A DNA stretch of 63,745 bases, filler included, from Olpidium bornovanus S191 (lineage: Eukaryota; Fungi; Olpidiomycota), in the NCBI GenBank assembly GCA_017911155.1. It is 28 parts of 28 records of this genome, joined end to end, with 100 filler letters (N's around TTAATTAATTAA, not from the genome) between each part and the next. Parts side by side here need not be neighbours in the genome. Positions count along the whole stretch, not along the records: positions 8,196 to 11,827 come from JAEFCI010002708.1; positions 11,928 to 15,296 come from JAEFCI010001536.1; positions 15,397 to 16,894 come from JAEFCI010012202.1; positions 16,995 to 18,415 come from JAEFCI010013027.1; positions 18,516 to 19,699 come from JAEFCI010003303.1; positions 19,800 to 21,503 come from JAEFCI010011572.1; positions 21,604 to 24,301 come from JAEFCI010012943.1; 21 more parts are not named here. One strand, 5' to 3'. The notes below the pieces were generated by a model. The model was not told the DNA's origin, ran no database searches, and saw only the letters and a program-made list of their open reading frames with translations. The translations under genes were made by a program, and so were the position numbers. This document shows, piece by piece, positions 11,813 through 24,401 of the stretch; the stretch's first letter is position 1, and the number at the start of each line of letters is the position of its first letter.

Positions 11813-12904
11813 GGCGCCGCCCGCGCCNNNNNNNNNNNNNNNNNNNNNNNNNNNNNNNNNNNNNNNNNNNNTTAATTAATTAANNNNNNNNNNNNNNNNN
11901 NNNNNNNNNNNNNNNNNNNNNNNNNNNACGCTCGAGCCAGCAGTTCGCGGGATGCGGTGGCAGAACTCGGGGATCTTCACCCTGTAACGGGTGCCCAGCC
12001 GCACGCAAAATGTTACACCTTTCCCATCCGAAGCATCTCAAGATCATGCGAAGGACTTGCAAAGTTTTGTACATTTCCCCTCCAACCCACAATCCTCTTT
12101 TTTATGTCAGCTTCCAGGCCCTTGAAGAGTACTCCAATCGTCGCGACGTCGCTTCCGAACGGCCACAATCTAGACCGTTCGGTGCTTTCATTCACGGGAG
12201 AGGGGGGAGGAGGAAGGGGGGGGGAGTGTCAAACTGCACTCCGCAACCGGGTCGGCAAGGCTTATATTTCTGGGCCAACCTTCAATAGAACCGTAATGCA
12301 ACGCAAGAAAAAAAAAATGGGGAAACCACGAACGCAGGCACAACCCGCGGAATAATCTACACATGAAGGCCCAATCGCGTTAAGAAACGATGAGGTTCTG
12401 CGCGCAAGGACAAAAACCGCTGTCGTTGCTTTCCACCAGCGCGACCAAGCCTTCGTAGACACTGCCGCGCCGCGCTCTTCCCGCTGCTCGACGGTTTCCG
12501 GCTGCTCCCCACCGACAAGCGACAGGCAAGGCACAGCCAGCCTTTGGCGCGCTTTCCTGCCGCCGCCTTCTTCCCGGCGGCCACACTGCCGGGCTTTCCT
12601 TTCCTGAGACTGTCGCCGCCTTCCGATCTGCGTGCCGATCTGCTTTTTCCCCTGGTTGTTCTGAGTCACCAGGTCCCCCCGCATTTTCCAATATTTTTTT
12701 TTTTTTTTCGGCCTCAGCCGCTGATGTGCAAACTATTTTGCGAATTGGGCGTGCGTTCGTAAATTCTCCCCCCAGAAGAAAGTTTTTTTGAGTTCTTCCG
12801 GCACCTGCGCGTTTCGGCGCCCCCCGCCGCCCGCCGTCAGCAGCCCCGCCCGGCTCATTTGCCTCGTTCGCCCGCCGCCTCACCCCGCGCGAAAAACGGG
12901 ACGG

Positions 12905-15296
12905 ATGTTCCCGCGTCTGACCGACGAGGAGATTGCCCGGCTGTACCCGGCGGACCTGTCGCTGAGGTGAGGACCGGCTGCCGCGGGCGCCCGCGTAACC
13001 CCCCACCGTCCCCGCCCCGCCTCCCCGCAACTCCGCCCGTGGAGAACCCGAACGGAACTCGTCCTTCCACCCCAGTGCTAAACGTCTGTTCGACTGTGTT
13101 GTCGCTCACAATTGGCTCGACCGCGTCGACTTTTATCCAGACTCGTTCAAGTCGTTCACCGGCATGGTATCTCGGCCTCGCCTACGCTTACGTTTGCCGC
13201 GGGCTGCCCGGCTTAGCGTGGCGGAGTGCCCCGTCGCGTTTAAGGACATGGGGAGATCACGTTTCGGCTGTCGCTGATGTGTGAACACTCTTTTGACGGC
13301 AGGAGAGCGCACTCCCATCCGAAGGCGCCTGGAAAACCTGATTCCGGTGGGGACCGTTGTGGCGCCTCGACAAACCCGCGTTGCGAACACGCCCGATTCC
13401 CAACCGTCGATCTAACCTCGGTTTTCCGTGACCTCAGCCGAACTGGCGGATGTGCTACGCGGCGAGCGGCCTGCACTCGGTGGTGCTGCAGCTGCTTCAC
13501 GAGCCGCGCTCCGGCATCGAGGAGCCGCACACAGGCGCACACCCCGCCCACGAAGGGGCGCCCCCGAAGTTTTTGTCCGGCGGGTCCAGAGCGCAGTACC
13601 GGAGGATACTCGAGACTTTTCCCGAGAAGAAGAACGGCACAAAGAACCAGCTGGTCACCGTGATTGAGCAAGGCGGATGGTGGGGCCACAAACGGAGCGG
13701 GGAACTGGCCGACCTGCAACAGGGAGCTTGTCTTCCTGTTGTCGAACGGCGCCAGATCGTGCGCTTCATTTCCCGCGCGATCGAAGGGAATGGGAGCGAG
13801 TGGTGACGAACGCGGAGCTCCATGCCTGAGGTGCTTGTACGCATCATTGCGCCCCTTGGGCCTCGCCGGTGTTGCACCCCTGCCGAGTTTTCCTTTGCTA
13901 AGAAACTCTGCGGCCTTCGCCCAGTACATATTGTTTTCCCCTCCGATTCATTTCGTTCAACATTCTGGCTCTCATTGACCGGCTTGCTAACGTCTACACC
14001 GTAATTCTTTCACGACCTTCCCACCGTTCATCGCTTGTCAACAGCTACTACGGACAGCTCACAGACAAAGGTAGATAAGATGCGCAGCTGCCTATTCCCA
14101 CTAGATGGCAGCGGAGTAACTATGTGGAAATGGTGGACTCCGGACCAGGGAGATCTTCGCTCAGCAGATCAGGGTCGAATCTTCGTGCGCTATATATCGA
14201 CCGCTTGGGCTTGCTACCGCCTATCTTGGAAGAGGGAGACAAGAGAATACGGAAGGCTTTGTACTTGCGGTCGACGGTGAGGGGTTCCAGCCATTGCATT
14301 GTGATGGCCGTAACGAGATTTGTTATTTGGGTTTGTTACTTTCCGCCATAAAGTGCATTAATTCTGCTGGGAATAAAGGATTACGCGAGAACGTTTGAAT
14401 CCCTTCAGCAGCTTGTAACGTCGGGGATGTACCCCCCAAGCAAACGCGATCCACTTTTTGTCTTCGACATCCACACGCGGTATGACGCCGTATCATGAGC
14501 CGTACAAGAATTATACGACATTTCCGTCCCTAATCCATTGCGCTGTTTCTTCCACATATACCGCCGTCAGTGCGAACGAGGAAGATAATATGTTTGCAGA
14601 CGGAAACTGCAGGTCGGCGCTGCGGGCAGGCTTCTGCATGCGGCCTTTGCGACTGCAACAACACCTGGGAACTAATCAAGAGAGCTGAAACCTCAGGTAC
14701 CTCCGCAAGCTTATTAAACAGGCAAAGATCGCCTCCAAGGAGGAGATGGAGCCGAACATAAAACGTCTGCAGGAACGTTTCAAGGACATCATACCCGATC
14801 TGAGCCTCGAAGGTGACCCCAACATACTTGACACGTTCGACACGTTCACAGCAGGTTGGCATATGCGACTTGTTTGTTAAGGGACGACGCTATTTGGCGC
14901 GTGAACTCTGTATGGATTAGCACATGATTTTAAAAAATCTTGGTTCTGTGTTCCCTACAGCCGCCGCCCATGACGTCCCACTCCCCGCCGGCGTGCAAGC
15001 CAACGACCTACTGGACATAGAAAAGATCGTGACGCACCAGTGGTTCACGAGCCTGATCAAGTCTGCTGAAATGCGGAGGTTATGGATCGGGCGGCTCGTC
15101 GAGGAGATCTCGCGGAAGATGAACGCTGAAGCGGAGAACAAGGGAGATGGACTGCGGATGGCAGTGTACAGCGGGCATGACTCGTGAGTTCTGCGTGGGC
15201 GGTTGGCAGGTACTGGTGTTTGGAGCGGAGACGAATGATTTGGGGGTGGCTTAATCAGGGTGTGTTCTCTTCTGGATGCGGACAGGACGATAGCAC
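12905..15296 (+). CDS. Histidine acid phosphatase (His_Phos_2, ACP6-like), 3' partial, many exons
   Basis: Spliced catalytic motif LVQVVHRHG|ERTP, then GQLTDK|GR, LYLRST, YARTFESLQQL and proton-donor motif RMAVYSGHDS|T. Confidence 0.88.
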
Positions 15297-15573
15297 NNNN
15301 NNNNNNNNNNNNNNNNNNNNNNNNNNNNNNNNNNNNNNNNTTAATTAATTAANNNNNNNNNNNNNNNNNNNNNNNNNNNNNNNNNNNNNNNNNNNNCCCA
15401 AAGATATTCACGAGCAGTCTCACTACCATTTCGGCGGGCCGGCAACACGCGGGGCCCGAACCACTGATAACCCGGAAACTCTTCGCCAAAACTTCCGAAA
15501 AAATTCGCCGCATGCTTTCTTCACGTTGATGCGCGGAACGGCTGAACCACAAATGAAAATTTAAAGCCCTGCT

Positions 15574-16487
15574 CTATTTCTTCCCGCCCGCCTTCTGAGA
15601 CTTCATAACCTGGGACTTTAGGACCTTCTTGACAATCTTCTGCTCTTCAATTAGAAAAGCACGGACAATCCTGCGTGGCCCCGCAATCCGTTAGTCTACA
15701 CAGATTTTGTCCCTATCGCAACCGTCTCGCCGCAGCGCATATAAGGAACGTACCGGTCGCGGACGCACTTGCCGCAACGGGACCCGCCGTAAGCCCGCTG
15801 GACAGTCTTCTGGCGTTTAGAGATCTGGGCGTACTCGTGCGGCCGGAGGGCAGGGATCTAACGGCACAAAAGAGGGCGTGAACGGCAGGTGGCGTCAAAT
15901 CTTTCTGCTGCATAATAATTTTTATGATAATAAAACGTCGCGACGGGGCGGAGCAACTTCGGCGGGAAACGGCAAGACGAATCACTCGGAATCCCTACAC
16001 CCGGAAGCTTGATGCCGCAGTCCCCGCACTTCGGCGCGGTGCCCGGCTTCTTTATGTGGTGGTAGACGAGCCTTCCACCTGTGTTCGGGGCGAGGAAAAG
16101 CGTCGCGCGGCCGTGGTCAGCCGGGTCAAAGGAAAATCCCCGGGGCTGCCTGGCGCATCATCCGCATCAGGCAGCTCGCTTGCATCTCAGCCAAAAAGTT
16201 GTAGCCTCTCGTCGGGGGCGCACCGCAAGCTGCCGGTCAGCAGGAGCCGACGCCATGCCACGACCTCTCCCTCGCCAAGCAAGCGCCACGACACCAACTG
16301 CCGGCAGTCTGCGCTTCAGGTTCCACAGCGCCCCGCCGCTTTCGGAGGGTGGCTTTTCCCCCGAATCCCAAGCCTCGGGCGTTCTTCGGGAAAGCCCCGG
16401 CCGCCTACCTGGCGTCTTGACCACGCGAACGCGGTTAGACTTGGTGTTGTAGGAGAGCCGGCGGCGGTAGGTGAGGCGCTGAGCCAT
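15574..16487 (-). CDS. RPL34: 60S ribosomal protein L34 (eL34), complete, 4 exons
   Basis: [27 protein letters not shown]|[26 protein letters not shown]|[35 protein letters not shown]|[20 protein letters not shown]...KK*. Confidence 0.97.
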
Positions 16488-16629
16488 TGTCGTTCGCGGC
16501 TATTTCTCGCGGCGGCTGCGGCAGTCGGTTTCCACGCGGGCGGTGACGGACACGCCCGCCCAAAGGTTTCAGTCCGCGGCACGTCGACACCGGGGGGGGG
16601 AGTGGGGGGGGGGGGGGGGGGGGGCGGGC

Positions 16630-16660
<31 letters not shown>

Positions 16661-16812
16661 GCGCAGCGCGAGGCGGGACGAAGAGAGAGGGGAGAAGGAT
16701 CAGCTTCTTGCTTTCCGAAAAACCCGCCTGGCCGCGTCTTTTTTTTTTTCTTTCTTTCTTTCTTTTTCCCGTCCAGTCCTATCCCGAAACGGGGGGCCGC
16801 CTCTGGGGAGGA

Positions 16813-16894
<82 letters not shown>

Positions 16895-17057
16895 NNNNNN
16901 NNNNNNNNNNNNNNNNNNNNNNNNNNNNNNNNNNNNNNTTAATTAATTAANNNNNNNNNNNNNNNNNNNNNNNNNNNNNNNNNNNNNNNNNNNNCATGTT
17001 TATGTACAATCAAGGGCCGCGAGAAAACCATTGACCCTTCCGTTCGTCTCCTCCGGC

Positions 17058-18154
17058 TCACAACCACCTCAGGTACGTCCAGAGTCCCGCGCTGGCGAGG
17101 AGGGGCATAACGAGGTTGTCATCGAAGCCGCCGATGTTGATCAGCTCCGCGAGTCCTGCGATGACGCCGCCCACAACGGTGAGGCGGCCGAGGGGGACGT
17201 CCGGTCGGGCGGGTGTCCAGGAAAGGTCTTGGTCGGGCAACGCAATGCGCGTCCAGAACGCGTGGGTGATGGCACAGCCCGCCAGGCAAGCGGCCAGCGT
17301 TCCTGCCAGGGACTTTTTGTTCGGGAAGCGCGGCGTTAGGTGCCCAAACATTTTGCCGAAGAGGGAGGCAAGAGGGTCACACCAGCTAAACGAGGGGGTT
17401 TCGGGCCGTCGAGGAAGAGATGGAACGCCAGGCGTTTAGCAATTGTGAAGAGCCGACATGCCCTGTCGCGAGCCCTTGGAAAGCTCCAGAAGAGGTAACC
17501 ATACGCCTCACATCATGGATGTTTCTGTCCCTCCCTTCACCTTACCCCCACATTCTCCAACGTTCCGTTCCACACAAACTCGTAACTTTTTCTTCCTCAC
17601 CTTAGGTAGCATATCGACACCACCGCGATGTCGACCGGAAAAATAGCTAGAACCAGCGCCGTGCCGAGGAGGTAGTATACCGTGCCGTTGACCCTGGACA
17701 ACGTCTTCTCAGGGCCGCGCATTAGGAATCCGAACAGGCGCACATAAAGGGCGTTGAAATGCGCACTGCGCGCGCGGGCAACCTCCGCCGCTGACGCAAC
17801 CAGGAAGGAGGCGAAGAGTACCCGGGAAACCGAGCCAGGGTCTGTAGGGCGGCGGTAAGCCGCGATGGTCACAAAGCCTCGCGAAAAAAAAAAAAAAATC
17901 GACGCGGGTGAGCAGTGCTGGCGGCAGAGAAACCCAACGCAAGGAAAAAGAAACTCGGCCTACCGATGCTCCTGCAAACGGCGGGACACGATCCGGATAA
18001 AGGGGCCAGGCGTTAGAAGCGCGGCTGCTTCAAAAGACGCCACGCCGAAGCCGCAACGTATTTCTCATTTTCCGCAACTTGCTCGATCGCCCGCTGGCGA
18101 CAACGACGGACGGTCGCCAACCACGACTCACATGTGGAACAATTTTCGTGGAAC
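17058..18154 (-). CDS. DGK1: CTP-dependent diacylglycerol kinase Dgk1, 5' partial
   Basis: VPRKLFHM|SI|GFVT, FGFLMRGPEK..VNGTVYYLLG, FPVDIAVVS, FGKMFGHLTPRFPNKKSLAGT, GGFDDNLVMP (CTP_transf_1 signature). Confidence 0.9.
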
Positions 18155-18333
18155 CTGCAGAAAAATATTTCACCGCGGAGCAAGCGGCCCGGAAAAGAAG
18201 GGAGGGAGTGGGGGTGAGCTTGACTGGTGCTATGCCCCGACCCTCCCGCCAAGTAGGAGAAGACGCGAGGCGGCGTAAAGCGACCGGCGCCCCGTACCCG
18301 CCACGCGCCTGCCAAACGTGCAAGTTTCCGTTT

Positions 18334-18384
<51 letters not shown>

Positions 18385-19813
18385 CCCCCCCCCCCCCCCC
18401 TTTTTTGGGGGGGGGNNNNNNNNNNNNNNNNNNNNNNNNNNNNNNNNNNNNNNNNNNNNTTAATTAATTAANNNNNNNNNNNNNNNNNNNNNNNNNNNNN
18501 NNNNNNNNNNNNNNNCATGCGACAAGGGACCCTTGTGATGGAAAACCCCTGCAGTCCCTTTGACACCGGATATATTCGGAAAGATGTGGCTAACTGAGTA
18601 CAGATATTGCTGCACCTTGCTCCTACGCGGGTAAGATAAAGACCGACGCGCATCGCGGTACATATATAAAGCGACCCTGCCACAAGCTGCCCCCGCCCTG
18701 CGTCCCGCCGCCGCGCGCGCGCGCGGGTAAAACTTCTACCCCAGCCGCGCTTGCCTTCCGCTTCCGCTTCCAAAAACCGACAGGGCGGGAGAACGGTTCC
18801 GCAGAGGTTCCGAAAAGGCTACCCCAGGCGCGCTTGCCTTCCCGCTTGGGCTTCCAAAAACCGACAGCGCGCCGTCGCCTGCGAGAATCCACGCCTGTCG
18901 GGCGCCGTCACCTCCGAGAATCGCGCCAATGCACCCCTTGTCCCGCGTTTTCTGGGGTCGCGCCGCCGGGGAGTGTTCTTGTTTTCGCGCCCTCGAGTTT
19001 CTTGGAAGAGCCGACGACGGGAAACACCGGTTTAAATACCGTTTCCCCGGGAGGCGGGACCACGACTTCCCAGATCTGTCCCTGCAGGAAATGGTAAATC
19101 TAGGCTTTTGCTACGTCGACGCCCGGCGGCTGTGGCAGCCGCGGGCCGGCGACAAAGGTACAAAGGATTTGCCGATCGTGGACCGAGCGCTGCGGAGGGA
19201 CGGAACATATGGGTTGGAAACCCTGAACTGGTACGCAACTACAATGTTGAATTTCGAAATAAAATCTCGCCTTACGCTGATCTTTCACTACAATTTGATT
19301 TGCCGTGATCTCAAAGGACGTGGCGAGACGGGAGCTTGAGAGCGAGGCCGATGAGGTTGCGGCAGCCGGCAACCCCGGCCAGGAAATTGGCCAGCCCGCC
19401 GAGATTCCCACTCCCGCGCCCGCTCCCGTGTGCGAAAACGCCGAAGACCTAACGCAAAAGTTTGCATTCCAAAACCTCCGTCAATTTCGCTTCTGTTCCA
19501 CCTAAATATTTTCCGCTTTTTTAGACGGCGAAGAGCCCAAGCCGCTCTGGTTGAGCGTGAAAGGCTTCGCAATGCAGGTCATGTTGCCGCGATTTTGGTA
19601 GGTCAACGTGAATAGATCCAATTAAACGACACCCATATTGTCCTTCAGATTGTATAACACCATTCGGTCATCTTCCAGCCCCCCCGCAAGCGCGCTCGAN
19701 NNNNNNNNNNNNNNNNNNNNNNNNNNNNNNNNNNNNNNNNNNNTTAATTAATTAANNNNNNNNNNNNNNNNNNNNNNNNNNNNNNNNNNNNNNNNNNNNC
19801 ATGAAACTATTGC

Positions 19814-19983
19814 GTCCCCGGGTAATGCACAGTTTGATTTTGTGCAAAACACCAGTAGGTGGGCTCGCGTTCATACAACTTCGGATAACGGGGATTACCA
19901 GGGTTTTAACGTAATTTATAATTGTCACGTCCGTCGAACGCCTACGTAAACAGTCTATGATACAATGTGCGTTACCCGGGGAC
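19814..19983. repeat. 170-bp element bounded by 18-bp inverted repeats (17/18 match); possible MITE
   Basis: GTCCCCGGGTAATGCACA (19814-19831) vs TGTGCGTTACCCGGGGAC (19966-19983). No target-site duplication seen. Confidence 0.5.
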
Positions 19984-19998
19984 CTTTTTGCCCCGCTC

Positions 19999-21297
19999 TC
20001 AACAGCACTGCGCCGGCAGCAACCCCTTGACAACGGCGCCCTGCGTCGTCTTTACGCCGTGCTCCATGCCAAACAGAATGCCTCGGGCGTCCGTGCGCGC
20101 CTCTCGGCCCCAAGCAGCGTTGGCGCCTGCGCCGTCCTTGATGCTGCCGGCTCGCGCGGCGATGCCTAACATTCCGCGAATTGCCTCGTTCTCAGCCAAA
20201 AGCCGCGAGATCAGCGACTCCCTCTCCGCGTCCTCGGCCGCCGCCGCGTCCATGGCGTCTCGCAGCGTGTCCCCGATCTGCCGCATCGCTTCCCGGAGGG
20301 CGGCGTTCTCTGCAGAGAGCTCCGTCTGGGCGTTCCTCTCCGTCTCGAAGACTTGCTCCGCGTCTCTTTTCGCACGCGCTTTCTCTTCCAACGCCGCTTG
20401 CTGAAAAGGAGGGGAAAAACGTACCGTCGCGTCCGCGGGATAAAAAACAAAAAAGAGAGGTCGATAGGGTCAACGTCCCGTCTTTTCGGCACAGGACGCC
20501 GAGATCGTCGAATTTATTGCAACTGCAACCCGGACGTGGGCCCCGCACCGTGTGTGCTCTAAACCGCTGCATGATCACGTCGATCGCTTGTTCGTGCTCC
20601 CGAACCAGAGCCGACAGCTGGGTATTCTCGGCCATCAGCGCGGCGTTCTCCTCCAGCAGCCGAAAGTGCTCTGACGGCAGCTGCTCCGGAAACGGCAGCG
20701 CAGGTCCCGCCTGCCTGCGACTTTCGCTTGCGCCCGGTTTGGAGAGGAGAGAGACGGCTCTTGCGTCCACGACTTTGAGCTCTGCGGGGCGGCGGCGGGC
20801 ATATCCAACGTAAACAAGTGACGGATTCCCTCCCCCCCCCTCTCCAAAATAAAAAAGAACGTGCGCCGCAGTATTCCGGCCACCTTCTGGGCCCGCAGCA
20901 TCCCGTTCCAGTGCGTTCGCTCCAGATCGCGCGGCCTGTTACGCAGCGCGAGGACGGTGGCAAAGCGTCTTTCGCGTCAGTTGTATCTTTTCTGCCAGGC
21001 AACCACGCCAATGGGTTCTCCGGGTCCGCGGGGCGCGCCGTGACCGAGGTGCCACTCTTTCCTTTTTCCAGCCTTCGCCTGGCCCGCGATACCCACTTCC
21101 CCCGCGTTGCCGGACGGCCCCGATGATGACGCCAGTTCCCGTCCGTCCGGCGATTGAGGCGCCCCTCCTCCCGAACCCTCCCAGGCCACGATCCTCGCCC
21201 GCTCGCTGATCTCCTTCGCGGCGGCGCTGTTCGCCTCCAGCTGCCTGCCGAGGTGCTCCGCAAGATCCAGCACTCGCCGAAACGCCGCTTGCTCCAT
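19999..21297 (-). CDS. SIKE/FGFR1OP2 (Far3-like) coiled-coil protein
   Basis: N-terminus MEQAAFRRVLDLAEHLGRQLEAN, then ENTQLSALVREHEQAIDVIMQRFR and LLAENEAIRGMLGI, which resemble the SIKE family pattern. Multi-exon. Confidence 0.55.
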
Positions 21298-21312
21298 AGC
21301 GTTTCCCGTCCG

Positions 21313-21345
<33 letters not shown>

Positions 21346-21393
21346 TTTTGCCCCCCCCCCCCCCCCCCCCCCCCCCCGCCCCCCCCCCCCCCC

Positions 21394-21466
<73 letters not shown>

Positions 21467-23036
21467 ACCCCCCCCATCCCCGCCATGCCCGCCATGCCCG
21501 CCANNNNNNNNNNNNNNNNNNNNNNNNNNNNNNNNNNNNNNNNNNNNTTAATTAATTAANNNNNNNNNNNNNNNNNNNNNNNNNNNNNNNNNNNNNNNNN
21601 NNNGGGGCGACGGGGGGAGCGGGGCGCCGAGGTCTTCTCGGCGGGGCTCCTCGCGGATATAAAAGGCGTTCGCTCCCCGGCCAAAATCACGTCCCCAGAC
21701 CCCCCACAACGCGGCGCTATACCGCGTTCCCCCCAAGACTTCGACAAGACCGCACTCTCTCTCTCCCTCGCCGACAACCCATATCCCTCCCCTCCACCTC
21801 GCCTCTCTACCCCACGCGCTCGGGGATCAGGAGGCCTCTCTCAGAAGAGGCCCGAGCGAAAATAAAGAAAAGAAAGCACCCCCGCCCCGCCACACTCACA
21901 AGCGGCGAGGACTGCGCGTCCTCGCGGACCCGGTGCGGTCCCAGGGCTCGGCGGATCGGGCAAGGCCACCGGCAAGCCCTGGGGTTTTCCCGGAGAACCG
22001 CTTCGGCGCGCGCGCGTCGGCAGTCCGGTGGGCCGGCTGCACCTCACATCGACGCGGCGCGAATCTTGGTAAGTTGTCCGCCTCGTTTGATTTCTCCTTT
22101 TTTTGCGCTTCTTGCATTCTGGGAAAAAAACAATTGTTTTGAGCTCACGTTGTTTCGTTCCGACTCTCACACAGATACTACAAAAGGCCTTGTAAAAGTC
22201 CGGCGATCTATTTTTCCCGGCTGGCCGCGGTTTTCCGGGAGCTTGCCGTTCCCCAGGGTCAAGGGCCGGTGGCTGCCGTCCGCGGGCGGCCTGCGGGCCG
22301 GGACCACCGGGTGTACGCTGCCGCTTGGGCCGGTGCTCTCGCTCTCCCCGCCCCGGCCGGATGCCGGGGCAGCGCGCTCCTGCCCCCCCACCTCACGTAG
22401 GATCCGCCTCCCCAAGGTTTGTCAGATAGGCCCCCCTTTCCCTCCCACCCCTGCACGCCTCCCCGCACACCCCCGCACACCCTCGCACACCTCTCCCCAT
22501 CCTCATCCCTCACATCATGCCTCTCCCCTCACTCCGCTCCCCTCACTCCGCTCCCCTCCCCTCTCCCGAACTCGCTCCCCTCTCTTCTCCCATCCTCACT
22601 CTCATCCGTTTCAACCCTCCTCTCGCCATCCCTTCGCCGCCACAAACACCAATGTACTTATATACTTACTTATATAGCGGCCTTTCCTTCCGAACGATAC
22701 CAACTTGATGTTTGTTTTTTTTATCATATTCAAACCCCAAATAAAATCAGAAATAGCCCTCTTACACCACCTCAAAAAATCCCACTCCCGAGTTACCTAA
22801 ATTATAACACCCCTATTGAATCGCATTCTCTTTCATCCATCCTGAATACACCAAACCATTTTGATATAATATATTAACCTTGAACACAAATAATTCCCCA
22901 ACCACTTTTTACCGAATAAAAACTGTACAATTTAATTTTTTTAATCTGACTTGTATCAATGATCAATTTGGGTGCTGCTTAGGGGTGTTGTGGGTACAGC
23001 TGTCTTCGCAAACGGGCGGAGTTAATGGGCCAGGGA

Positions 23037-24123
23037 TTAAGGTGGATAAAGTGCGGCGAAGGAGGCGCAACAAACAACGTATAAAATGTTGGCAGGAGGA
23101 AGCGCCGCAAGAAGCGCGATGATGGTTTCCGGCAGCCCTTTACCAAAGAACGGGATCCCCCGGCAGGCTCTCCAAACGCATTTCGGTGCGCAGCAGCCTT
23201 GGGTTTGTCGCTCTCGCGACCGCAAAGCGCTCTTTCGAAACGGGCGATCGCGGTCAGACGACCGGCCTGATTCGCACGCCGTTTCATCGCACCGACGTCT
23301 TGTGGCCGCCCCTCACACACCCCCCCACCCGCCCCCTTTTGCAACGCGGTTATTAAAAACAGTGGAGATGTCCGAAAATGTCGTGAGCGTTTTTCTTGCG
23401 AGAAGAAGGTATGCAATTTCCTTAAACTTCAACGGCTTGGTTCTCGATGAGTTCGCAACGGATTCGAATGCCGTTTGGTACGATGATGCACGCCACTGAG
23501 AAGAATAAGTGTACGTATGCGTCGAGCGATTGAAGTGGTCCCGGTTGAGTAATCACGTAAAACGTCGTTTTCGTGATTCCTCAAAATCACCCGCTGGCTG
23601 CTGTTTCCGTCAATTAATTACAAAAAAGCTGTTTGTTCATTCCGTTAACCTCTGATAATGTTATTAACGGGAGGGTTTCCCAAAAAAAGCTGTTTGTTCA
23701 TTCCGTTAACCTCTGATAATGCTATTAACGGGAGAGTTCACCGCCGAAAGGGGCTAATGCCACGGCGATCAAGCAAAAAAGTAAAGTGATGCCCCGAACG
23801 GGAAAGTAATAGCTGACCACCGCATCAAAGAGCTTCCGTCGCCGTCCCTGAAATGCTCGTACGAGGCCTCTTTGAAAGCGCTGCCTGCAAAACGCGCAGC
23901 AGAACGCTTGGTTTTTTTTCTTTTTTTGGCTACGCCGACAACAGGGACTTTTGCCGAAGGCTTTTCCCCTTTTTTTCGCACCCCAACGATGCCGCATCCG
24001 AACAGGATATATCGCATAGTACGAGAGCAGGAGGATCCTGTGAATCAGTTTACTTTCGAAGTCATACATGCCGGTTGTGGCCGTCGCGCTTGTTTCTGAG
24101 CTCGCCAGAGAGACCGCTGACAT
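23037..24123 (-). CDS. Putative multi-pass membrane protein of unknown function (spliced)
   Basis: Hydrophobic exon segments LIHRILLLSYYAIYP, VVSYYFPVRGITLLFCLIAVALAPF and IPFFGKGLPETIIALLAALPPANILYVVCC*. The exon chain is only partly resolved. Confidence 0.35.
23622..23734. repeat. Near-perfect 52-bp direct repeat, period about 61 bp, probably intronic
   Basis: AAAAAAGCTGTTTGTTCATTCCGTTAACCTCTGATAATG(T/C)TATTAACGGGAG occurs twice with one substitution. Confidence 0.9.
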
Positions 24124-24401
24124 TCGGCGTGATACATCTTCTGTTCTGCTTTTTTTTTTGTTGCAGCTGGCGGCATACAATTTTTTTTTTTCGTTTTTTC
24201 AATGTTCTATCTGAATGGACAGAACCAGCCGTACTGGGCGCCCCGGTGCTATCGTCAAGTGCATTGACGGATAAGGGAAGGCAGACGGATAAGCCGGATA
24301 ANNNNNNNNNNNNNNNNNNNNNNNNNNNNNNNNNNNNNNNNNNNNTTAATTAATTAANNNNNNNNNNNNNNNNNNNNNNNNNNNNNNNNNNNNNNNNNNN
24401 N

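Noticed and set aside
16590-16894. Long poly-G/poly-C runs (also near 21350-21470, 27926-28010, 60230-60338) as G-quadruplex or poly-Gly/Pro coding tracts
   Set aside because: They sit at contig ends and look like sequencing or assembly artefacts; the ORFs through them are spurious.
18155-18180. RKIFH on the plus strand resembling the Dgk1 motif
   Set aside because: DGK1 is on the minus strand and has its own RKLFH exon at 18154-18132; this is a coincidence.
18834-19620. Candidate exons on either strand of this contig
   Set aside because: The strand could not be decided and there is no recognisable motif.
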